A stretch of 64,000 nucleotides of DNA from Squalus acanthias (taxonomy: Eukaryota), in assembly GCA_030390025.1 (NCBI GenBank), contig CM059438.1, forward strand, positions 79,856,001 through 79,920,000, given 5' to 3'. Below are positions 13,701 to 23,900 of this stretch, piece after piece; positions within the stretch are counted from its first letter, which is position 1; each line of letters opens with the position of its first letter. A program made the translations under genes and the position numbers. The notes below the pieces were generated by a model. That model saw nothing but the letters and a program-made list of their open reading frames with translations, did no database searches and had not been told where the DNA came from.

Positions 13701-13974
13701 TAGAAGGACAAGGGCAGCAGGTGCATGGAAACACCACCCCCTCCAAGTCACACATCATCCTGACTTAGAAGTATATCGCCGATCCTTCATCGTCGCTGGG
13801 TCAAAATCCTGAAACTCCCTCCCTAACGTCACTGTGGGAGTACCTTCACCACACGGACTGCAGCGGTTGAAGAAGACGGCTCACCACCACCTTCTCAAGG
13901 GCAATTAGGGATGGGCAATAAATGCTGGCCTTGCCAGCGACGCCCACATCCCATATACGAATAAAAAAAAAAAA
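13701..13974 (+). mobile_element. LINE 3' end with AATAAA and poly(A) (CR1/L2 superfamily)
   Basis: Translates to ...RRSFIVAGSKS*NSLPN...KKTAHHHLLKGN*, followed by a short UTR and an A12 run. Confidence 0.75.
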
Positions 13975-13976
13975 TT

Positions 13977-14403
13977 AGACCAAACGTAGATTGGGTGACC
14001 GCTTTGCGGAACACCTCCGTTCAGTCCGTAAGCGGGACTCTGAGCTTCCAGTTGCCTGTCACTTTAATTCTCCGCTCCACTCCCACTCTGATCTCTCCGT
14101 CCTCGGCTTCTTACACTGTTCCAATGAAGCTCAACGTAAGCTCGAGGAACAGCACCTCATCTTTCGATTAGGCACTTTACAGCCTTCTGGACTCAACATC
14201 GAGTTCAACAATTTCAGGCCATAACCTCGGCCATTTTTTAAAAATATATATTTTTTTCTCTCACATGGCAGCTGTTGATGATTCTGCCATTGCCATTTAC
14301 ACCTCATCTAGAGTCATCTTTTGTTTCTTAACTTGTCCTATTTACCATCTCCTTTTGCCTTGCACCATCATCCCTTATGTCTTTTAATCTCTCCTGCCTT
14401 CCA
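13977..14403 (+). mobile_element. Penelope-like element fragment (GIY-YIG endonuclease C-terminus and 3' UTR)
   Basis: ORF 13991..14224: (TKRRL)GDRFAEHLRSVR...PVACHFNS...RKLEEQHLIFRLGTLQPSGLN, typical of the Penelope GIY-YIG domain. Confidence 0.85.
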
Positions 14404-15905
14404 GGGGGGGTGACGGGAAGAGAGGGGGGGAGACGACGGGAGGAGGGAGGACGGGAGGAGGGAGAGTCGGGAGGAGGGGGGGGGGGTCGGGAGGAGGGAG
14501 AGGGCGACGGGAGGAGGGAGAGGTCGGGAGGAGGGAGAGGGCGACGGGAGGAGGTGACGGGAGGAGGGAAGGGGGGGGTCGGGAGGAGGGAGGGTCGGGA
14601 GGAGGGAGAGTCGGGAGGAGGGAAGGGGGTGTCGGGAGGAGGGAAGGGGGGGTCGGGAGGAGGGAAGGGGGGGTCGGGAGGAGGGAAGGGGGGGTCGGGA
14701 GGAGGGAGAGGGCGACGGGAGGAGGGGACGGGACAAGGGAAGGGGGGGGTCGGGAGGAGGGAGAGGGCGACGGGAGGAGGTGACGGGAGGAGGGAAGGGG
14801 GGGTCGGGAGGAGGGAAGGGGGGGTCGGGAGGAGGGAAGGGGGGGTCGGGAGGAGGGAGGGTCGGGAGGAGGGAGAATCGGGAGGAGGGAAGGGGGTGTC
14901 GGGAGGAGGGAAGGGGGTGTCGGGAGGAGGGAAGGGGGGGTCGGGAGGAGGGAAGGGGGGGTCGGGAGGAGGGAAGGGGGGGTCGGGAGGAGGGAAGGGG
15001 GGGTCGGGAGGAGGGGACGGGAGGAGGGAAGGGGGGGGTCGGGAGGAGGGAGAGGGCGACGGGAGGAGGGGACGGGAGGAGGGACGGGAGGAGGGAAGGG
15101 GGGGGTCGGGAGGAGGGAGAGGGCGACGGGAGGAGGTGACGGGAGGAGGGAAGGGGGGGTCGGGAGGAGGGGGGGTCGGGAGGAGGGAAGGGGGGGGTCG
15201 GGAGGAGGGAAGGGGGGGTCGGGAGGAGGGAAGGGGGGGTCGGGAGGAGGGAAGGGGGGGTCGGGAGGAGGGAAGGGGGGGTCGGGAGGAGGGAAGGGGG
15301 GGTCGGGAGGAGGGGACGGGAGGAGGGAAGGGGGGGGTCGGGAGGAGGGAGAGGGCGACGGGAGGAGGGGACGGGAGGAGGGACGGGAGGAGGGAAGGGG
15401 GGGGTCGGGAGGAGGGAGAGGGCGACGGGAGGAGGGAGAGGGCGACGGGAGGAGGGAAGGGGGGGTCGGGAGGAGGGAAGGGGGGGTCGGGAGGAGGGAA
15501 GGGGGGGTCGGGAGGAGGGAAGGGGGGGTCGGGAGGAGGGAAGGGGGGGTCGGGAGGAGGGAAGGGGGGGTCGGGAGGAGGGAAGGGGGGGTCGGGAGGA
15601 GGGAAGGGGGGGTCGGGAGGAGGGAAGGGGGGGTCGGGAGGAGGGAAGGGGGGGTCGGGAGGAGGGAAGGGGGGGTCGGGAGGAGGGAAGGGGGGGGTCG
15701 GGAGGAGGGAAGGGGGGGTCGGGAGGAGGGAAGGGGGGGTCGGGAGGAGGGAAGGGGGGGTCGGGAGGAGGGAAAGGGGGGTCGGGAGGAGGGAAGGGGG
15801 GGTCGGGAGGAGGGAAGGGGGGGACGGGAGGAGGGAGAGGGCGACGGGAGGAGGGAGAGGGCGACGGGAGGAGGTGACGGGAGGAGGGAGAGGGTAACGG
15901 GAGGA
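14404..15905 (+). repeat. G-rich minisatellite, main unit GGGAGGAGGGAAGGGGGGGTC (21 bp) with 13-22 bp variants
   Basis: Directly visible tandem array. Variants include GGGAGGAGGGAGAGGGCGAC, GGGAGGAGGTGAC and GGGAGGAGGGGAC. Confidence 0.98.
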
Positions 15906-15957
15906 GAGTGAACACAAAAGAGGGGGAGAGGAAAGAAGAAGGGAAAGACAGAAGGAA

Positions 15958-16045
15958 AGATAGCAAGTTTTATACAGTGCATTATCATGTCCCAAAGCAC
16001 TTCACAACCAATGAAGTGCTTTTAAGTCAGTCACTGTTATGTTGC
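15958..16045 (-). mobile_element. Deu-domain SINE tail fragment
   Basis: gtcccaaagcacttcacaaccaatgaagtgcttttaagtcagtcactgtt matches about 59165-59220. Confidence 0.65.
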
Positions 16046-16709
16046 TGGAAGGTATTCATAAATGCAAAATCATATTAAATATAAATTTTCATAGAAGCAA
16101 ATCCATTTATAAAAATAAATCTATTCTGACCCAATCTATTCCAAGTCAGCTGGTTACTTTAATACTTCAGATAGATCAAATTATGCAAAAATATTAGTCC
16201 TCAGTTCTCAAAGCATGAGGACCTATTAGGAACAAATATTCTTATAACTTTACCCCTGAGGGTACCAGAGGAAAACTTAAACATAAAAATAAATGACAAG
16301 ATTACAGCATTTTATGAAATAATCTCTTTGTAAAAAAACCTGTTTCTGTTGTTCTTAATGTACGGCCCATTACAATATTTAGTAAACTTTTTCTTACTGG
16401 CACATTTAGTGTAGATATACAGTAAATGCTACAAAGTTATAGAATATGAAGATAATAAAATTCAACAGTCAAGGGTTAAGGATATTCACCTATCTTTACA
16501 CACGAAGGGATTGGATTGATGAACTGAAGATGCAGTGCAGCCATCAAAAACTGTCAGCTGCAATATCCCAATTCCCTTCTTAGAGTACTTGGTACATGAA
16601 ACACAGCACTGAGAATAAATCTGTGTACAGTCTCAAAATTTACACCGTATACAATTGCGTAATTAAGTCTAGTCTACTGAAAAGCTGATCACCAGAGATA
16701 TATACTTAC

Positions 16710-16763
16710 ATTTTCAGGTATACTAGGAAGTTCTCGGCTATCGGGTGTAGTAAAGTACGAATG
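16710..16763 (-). CDS. DENND1A: DENND1A coding exon, 54 bp: HSYFTTPDSRELPSIPEN
   Basis: ttttggcag|CAT TCG TAC...GAA AAT|gtaagt. Phase 0/0. Confidence 0.95.
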
Positions 16764-17127
16764 CTGCCAAAAGAAAAAGATATTTAGAATTGTTTTCATA
16801 AAATGCCGTTTACAGAAAGTGCACAAAACTGAAAGTATAATTCTGTATTGTGCTATCAGCCGTAATACAGAAATAAGGCTTTAGTTACTTATACCAATCA
16901 ATTGAAATTTGTAAATTTAATCTGTTTGTATTTATGCCAAGCTATGGAGCTAAAATTAAAATACAAATGATACTAGCACCATGATTTACTGCATTTTAGT
17001 TGCAAGGACTCAGTATAAGAGGAGCCCCAGTCACTGCAATATAATAAAAGTGACTTTGTGTGGAACAGTAGGCAGTATTTTTAAAGTTCCGTGACCTATA
17101 TTTATGTATAATATACAAAAATATAGC

Positions 17128-17150
17128 ATGGCATAATGCACCCGCCACAC
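17128..17150 (+). repeat. 23-bp exact direct repeat, copy 1 (ATGGCATAATGCACCCGCCACAC)
   Basis: Identical to 19648-19670. Confidence 0.95.
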
Positions 17151-17284
17151 TTCCTCAGTTCTAGCCAAATAGCTATTATTTCATTAAAATTGTACAAATG
17201 CAGAATAGTGTTTTTATCTGTGCACCTTTTCAATCATTAAATAGAATTCATAGCTTTTTGAAACCGCTGTTACATCTGAAAAAC

Positions 17285-17645
17285 AAGATTTCAGGTTCAA
17301 TCCCTTATCAGGGGCTGATGGATGGCAGGGTTGTTATAACTGGTCTCAGTATCGCCAAGCTGCAGAGCGAAACATATCAGTCAACGTTACTGCTCTTGAT
17401 CCTAGCCAGGTACACTTGTGGGAAGTGCACAGCTATGAATGTCGGGTGAGGACAGGATCAGGTTCAGCTGTGATACCCGCAGTGTCAAGTAAGCCATTCA
17501 CATTCACTTTCCAGGCTCACACAGGAAAAATGACGAGCTAGATAAGGAACTCAAAAGGCCAGCTGACCATATCCAAGCATGAATCAGCACCTTCAAAATT
17601 AGAGGGTTCAGGGAAGCAAGTAAGAAGGAAGGGGAAAGAAAAAGG
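17285..17645 (+). mobile_element. Old tRNA-derived SINE-like relic
   Basis: B-box-like ggttcaatccc at the start and a purine-rich tail. Body resembles recalled shark SINEs. Confidence 0.4.
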
Positions 17646-19647
17646 TAATGAAAATTAAGATTTGAAATATCACAGAGAGAAAAAAATAATAGTTACTGCC
17701 TTATCATTACTTCAGAAAAACTTTGCCGCTCTGACAAATTGTGATGGAATTGTTTCCATGTGGAGTTGTGTCACTTTTACCCGTTTTCTGTGTCTCTTTT
17801 CTAATCTCGCACTAACTTCCTCACCCATGAATTTGGAATTGTGATGCTAGTTTTTGTGCCACTGGGAACTGAATTAAGACAGTTTGTTCTCATTTTAGCA
17901 CTCTCGACAGTTGTTCAAAATACCTTCGCTCAGAATCTCCTCCTGATTTGGATTTGATCCCAGTCTCCTGCAGACAACTACAATATTTCAAAAAAATGTT
18001 GAACCATTTTTTCATCCCTTTCCATTTCAACTGTCTCGCTGCATCAACTGAACTGCTCAGTTCAAATGCTCCCACAGCAACTGAACAGCTAAAGGAAACA
18101 AAGCCATCCATAAGCTGTTCTTTGATATCCTTTCCTGCTCCATTGCCCATGAAATGTTTAAGCAGAGGGCAGACTAGAAGCATTCTTTTGAACCATGAGT
18201 ATGAAATGCCTGAAATGAGCTGAACTATCCCATCAGACCACAGCGCCTCCGAGACAACCTGCCCTTTAGGTCACACAGGCATGCTGTTCATACGAAAGCT
18301 CTGCTTGGTAGAGCTGGGTCTTCTCCACAGCCAGCCAATGACCTGGCAAGGACAAACAACTGCTACCTGTCGATTAACATTAGAGAAGGACTGCTCAGCA
18401 TCAGCTGCTTGCGGTTATCACTGGGCAAGAATTTGAGGAGACGATTAAGTTGTTTAGATACACGTCACTGGTCTGTAAAGGGGACATGTCACAGGTGACT
18501 AATTGTCTAAAAGCAGCAGAAAGACAAAATCTTTACAAGTATAACAGAATGTCAGATTCTTGTGGTACAAGGCAAATCTCAAGATGCAGTTGAAGTCTAC
18601 AATTATTTCTCATATTACAATTACTGTGTGGCTGATGTGATTCAATAATAATTAGCAAGTAATTATGAAAATAATGGTATTTTTCTCACATGAAAAATCA
18701 GTTTCAATTACAGATCAGCAGCAACTGCATATAAACTGCCAAATCACATCATTTGTATTGGGATAGGAATTATGCAGGGCAGTAAATTTTATCATCACTA
18801 GAAAGCAAATAAATAACCTGGTTAAATTACACAAAAGCCCAGAGACCTGGATCCAGACTCGAGGCTCTAATGATTTGATAGCTGTAGAAATTCTCTCATC
18901 TCCATGTGGGAGCAGATATGTACCTATGTGCCATCCTGAGCCCCCTCCAATTAAAGTTTCCCCCCCCCCGCCATTCCATTCCAAACAAACAAGGAGTGCA
19001 TGAGGCCAGGATCTGGAAGGAGCCATCTGGAATGCTGAGGCCTGCCTGGGACTGGGACAGTGCAAGTGGGGGGGCCGGAGAGACTGAGTAGGGAGGACAG
19101 AAAGGGACTGAACAGGGAGGGCAGAGACTCCCTCAGGCCAGTAGTGAGCAAGTTGAAATGTTTGGATCATCCTGGATCTGGGAAGGACCAAGGCCTGGAC
19201 TTGGGACAAAGTGATCAGGAAGGCTAGGAGAGAACACATAGGGACTTTGGGACTGGGAGGAATCCAACAGGGAGGCCACAGGTTGGGAGGGAACCAGCAG
19301 GAAGGCAAATGCCTGCTTGGGCCAGCAATTCCACGCTGGGATTGGAGGCTGACTGCAGAGCAAGAGTCAGAACAGAGTCATACGAATTAATCCCTGGTAA
19401 CAGACACTTTAATGGTCAAGTGGTTAATATGGATCAATGACGGGTAAGGTATACCAGCAACATGGTTCCTATGGGACAATAAAATGTCTGCATGTGCACA
19501 AATAATTTTTTTTAAATTTACTAGCAGGTCTCCCATGATTTTGCTCACGTTCAGTCAGAGAATACGCTAAAGCATGATGACTAAAGCATAACAAGAAATT
19601 TGACGCAAACAGGAAGTGCTACATGCAAGATGCTTAATACGTAATAT

Positions 19648-19670
19648 ATGGCATAATGCACCCGCCACAC
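19648..19670 (+). repeat. 23-bp exact direct repeat, copy 2
   Basis: Identical to 17128-17150. Confidence 0.95.
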
Positions 19671-20426
19671 ATAAAGACTGCACTTGTAACCTATCTATGC
19701 ACAGAGTAAGGTCAATTGAAATAATGTAGTGTTCCAATAAAATAGAAATTCTTAATTACTAAATGTTATTTTTTTTTTTTAATCAATTTGAACTTTATAA
19801 ACTTACCACGCATTCACAGGCCAGCAAGAAAGTTGATGTTAGTGGTTTATGAGATCATAATGAGTGTACACAGGACAGTTTGGTAAATGTAAGAGTAGTG
19901 TAATTAACGTGACTTTTTTGATTATCTCCAAGAGAAATAACCAATTTGATACACTTCAAATAACAGAAACAAGACAGGATGATAGTGAATTCTTCTTACT
20001 GAAATCATAGACAGGGGCGGGGGGGTAAAGAGAAGAGAGAACAGTCTAATTTTCAATGCACTTCCACTTTTGCCCTCTTTTGTTTTCAAAGTTCCAGCCA
20101 TGCCCTGCACTACTCCTTGGATCTCAAACTGCAAAAGACAGTATTCACACTGCATCTACAAACTGCAGCTCCACCCTCAAACCCTCAAGTGCTGGGGGTT
20201 TGCACACTGATTCAATCAGACATTGCTTCTGTTTGTGCACCATCCTAAGTGGCATGGTGAAGTGCAAACCAGTTCTCTGCGATGCTAAAGGTGGTGTGTG
20301 AATACATCCTTTAGATAGACACAGCTAATTAAAACCCAAACACAACAGAGTTACAGAATTTTCCCACTGTATCTCTATTATATATAAATGTGCAGAATTA
20401 AGTGTACAGCAGTACATTCCACTTAC

Positions 20427-20507
20427 CACACTTAAGTGAACAGTTGAGCCTGGTTCTGGAAGAGGAAGGTTATATAACGTTTCCAGTAATTCCTTCCACT
20501 GACAGTC
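20427..20507 (-). CDS. DENND1A: DENND1A coding exon, 81 bp: DCQWKELLETLYNLPLPEPGSTVHLSV
   Basis: tttcag|GAC TGT...AGT GTG|gtaagt. QWxELLETL and VHLSV favour DENND1A over DENND1B (recalled sequences). Confidence 0.94.
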
Positions 20508-21123
20508 CTGAAACATTCCACAGACACAAAAATATATCTTCGGAAGACCATTTCTTTTTAAAAGATGTGCATGTCTATATAGTTTGATAAGTGACATTTC
20601 TAGATGAGTGAACTACAGGGCAAAGCCTATCCAATATCACCAAGTTAAATAGTTTAGCTACCAGTTATCAGGAAAGTGTCAGAAAAAAGTTGGTACAAGA
20701 TTGCATTTTAAAGCAATGTGCTGTAGTGTACTACAGACAGCATTCACAGGGGCCTGAGAGAAAAATAGTTTAGTGTTTCCTGAATTTAATCTTACACACA
20801 CCAGCTTATTAAAATCCTAAATCAATAAAATGCAAAAAGATAAACCAAGCTCCAAACCAATTACATAGTTACTACACTAAAGTTTTGAATTAGTTTATAC
20901 TGTTCAAAATAACCAAAAATGGATTTTGTGGTTTGATAAACCTCTTCCCTGTTGAATTATCATTTTAAACGTATGCATTTTTTAAATACAAATAAAAATA
21001 ATACTTTTCAAATGCTGTTCTTTTAGCTAGACATTTATTGATTGGAATAACAAGATTGAAATATCTCAGGTACTGCCTTTTAATTATGGCACCTTATGTT
21101 GAAATATTAAAGAACAACAGTAC

Positions 21124-21193
21124 CTGTCCTTTGGCCGTGTATTCTGCTAAGATGTTCAGAAGCTTGTAGAAAACTTCAAACCAAGGTAAATAG
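21124..21193 (-). CDS. DENND1A: DENND1A coding exon, 70 bp: (S)YLPWFEVFYKLLNILAEYTAKGQ
   Basis: ttttcag|C TAT TTA CCT TGG...GGA CAG|gtactg. Lies within track ORF 21094..21297. Confidence 0.96.
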
Positions 21194-23039
21194 CTGAAAA
21201 TAAATACAAACCAAACAGTCAACTTTACTTCTGGCACAAGTTTAAATGAGGTAGAAAACATCAAGGGTAAAAGTGGTTGTGTCAATTTTAGCAACATTAG
21301 AGCGCAGTATTAAAATACAAATCAAATACAGTATCAGCAGAAAAATACAGCTTCAAACTTGCAACATATCAGTTCTAATGATTGATGTGTCAAATTCAAG
21401 TTAAATTTATAATTTAGAAATCCAACAATAAATCACTATAAAAACTACAAATTTTGAAATGTACACAACCATAACAAAATTTCAACCTGAAATGCAGTTT
21501 AATTGTTACAATTTGGTCAAGGCCTATAAGTCAGTTCATTAGACTGATAATTCAGATCTGAACCAGCTCTCACCACCCTTCAGTCAGAAATTGGCTGGCA
21601 GCCCTTGTAATACTTTACTGGATAATACATGTCACAAAATTATAAAAACATTTTGCTCTGCCAAACAACATGCATTATGTAATACATGAGCCGTGACTAG
21701 ACTGCTAATCAATAGACATTTTGCAATATATGAACTGTGACTGCCTCCAGTAGTAAGCAGGAATTGGTTACCTCAATGCCAAATAAAATGTAAATGAAAA
21801 TACTAAAAATACTGATGTAAACGTTAACAAGTTCTACTGGCACTAGAACTAAGCAGCGGTGAGGTGCTGCTTAGGGTGCACTGCATTGTAAACACACATT
21901 AGTATGTACAATAGATGTGCTTAAAGCTGTATTAAACCAAAGTTTTAGTCTTTAAAGTAAGAACCCGAGAACACCAGTTCTCACCTGAAATTTAAAAGGT
22001 AAAAAAACTAAGATCGATGATAAAACTAAGAAAAATCTATGTTACAGCACTTTGCTTTCCTTCTAAGTAAAGTCCAGTTTACGACTTCACCGAATACACC
22101 ATCATCCTTGGGTACAAAGATCTATCTTTTTTTCACATTTTGGGTTAATTTTGTTATTTCTTCAGTGAGTCTTCCCATAGCATTCCTCAGCAGAGAGATC
22201 GGGCAATCAACCTGTTCCCAAGCACTCTGGCAATGCAACTCTTTAGTTGGGCTTGAGAAGGTATATAATAGTGTCCCAGGGTGACTTGGCCTCCACATTC
22301 TGACAGCAAAGCCAAGATCAGGAACTTAAGTGTGTGGGAAATCATGGCTGCACACTTGCATTTTACCATTCTATGGCACACCAGTCCACTGTGCCACTAC
22401 AACCAGAAGCTAAAGAAACCATTAAAATCACAAGGTAGATTTAACACCTCTGTTTGGTGGAGCATGTGCAATACAATGTCTGAACTCTTTTAGTAAAATT
22501 GTTTTGTTAGCAAGGTTTTGATTATGTCGACTGTCTATTTTTGAAATTGGCTCTGTCTGAACTGGAAATAATACAGGTCCCTTTGCATGACCAAAATATA
22601 GTTTCTTCTATACCATTAAACGGAAATATTTCCAGTGCTCTGCTAGTGCTCGATGCACTTAGCGTTTGCAGAAGGTTAATTAATGAATTGTAGTCTTGGC
22701 AACCAATCCTGAGCGGATTACAATAATTACATCATAATGAAAGCAGCAAACTTAATAATGTAGTATCTCTAAAACCAAATTAAAGTGAAGTATAATTTTT
22801 AATATTAGTAAGAACCCTGAACTGCAAAAAATTAAATGATGTAGCTTAATTTCTGTCCAGCACATACGCAGCAGGCAATATATTTTAGTGGTACATGTTA
22901 TAAACACATTTTTTAATGTATCCAACTTCAGTGAAGCCTGACATTTTAATATCAGATGCATTTATGACAGGTTAGCGCTATGTCAAATATCTTTCGAGGT
23001 AAGACATCACATCTATCACTGATGTGAATTAGACACATC

Positions 23040-23352
23040 GAAAGTGATTTTGACCTACCTGCCCTGCAGAAACCGGGTGGGTGCAGTTAAAAATCAGTCA
23101 GGTTAGTTACCCACCCTAGAGCCACCGGGAGCTAACCGTTCCAGATTTTAACCTGCTCAACTGATGGCAACGACACCAGCCCAAAGCTGGTGGTGTCCTT
23201 TTTTTTTTTACATATGTATGTCAAGTCCTGATGATGTCATCGGGACCCGACTGCTATTTTTACTCGGCAGCCCAAGCAGGAAGTCGCAGTGGCTTGCCTG
23301 CCAGCTGAAGATAGCGGGCAAGAGGCCCCACCACCCGCCTGAACAAAATTAA
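23040..23352. mobile_element. Decayed MITE-like element
   Basis: GC-richer block with gattttga...caaaatt ends and gggtgggt/cccacc subterminal motifs. Confidence 0.4.
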
Positions 23353-23551
23353 GAATGTGCATTATAGATGGAGAAATGGCGTATGCAGTCTCCATCCATA
23401 ACTCCACCGCCCACTCTCTCTCTCTCTCTCTCCCTCCCTCTTCCACACCGCCCCACCCCCCCAGTTTATGATGATTTAACAATATGGATATTTTGAGCAA
23501 CTAATGCTGAAGAAATTCAACTGAAGTTTGGAGAAGGATTCTGAGGAAAGA

Positions 23552-23900
23552 ATGAAACTTGCATTTATACTGCACCTTTCACGTCTTCAGGACTTCCCAA
23601 TGCACTTTACATTCAATGGATTACTTTTAAAGTGCAGTCACTGGTGTTTATTATAAGTCCCATAAACAGTAAATGAATAAATGACCACCTAATTTGCTTG
23701 CGCTGGTGTTGATTTGAGGCAGGAATGTTAGCCAGGTGAACTCCGTTTTTTTACATCCACCCGAGCAGGCAGACAGGACCTCGGTATAAGCTCACATATG
23801 AAGTGTCAGCTTTGATTGTATGCTCCAGTCCATAGTGAGGCTTGAACCCACAACCTTCCGCCTCAACGAGGAGTGGTAACAACAGAGCCAAACTGACACT
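23552..23900 (-). mobile_element. tRNA-headed Deu-domain SINE (SacSINE1-like), internally deleted
   Basis: Colinear with 59124-59561. B-box GGTTCAAGCC on the minus strand near 23840-23850. Confidence 0.8.

Noticed and set aside
13991-14224. Stand-alone nuclease gene
   Set aside because: Truncated Penelope GIY-YIG fragment lacking the N-terminal GIY/YIG motifs.
14404-15905. CRISPR-like array
   Set aside because: No unique spacers. It is a tandem minisatellite in a vertebrate intron.
14328-16000. 500+ aa Pro-rich and Gly/Arg/Glu-rich ORFs on both strands
   Set aside because: These are translations of the stop-free G-rich minisatellite, open in several frames at once.
18715-19363. 197-aa and overlapping minus-strand ORFs
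   Set aside because: They arise from a degenerate purine-biased repeat (gggactgggagg-like) with no domain similarity.
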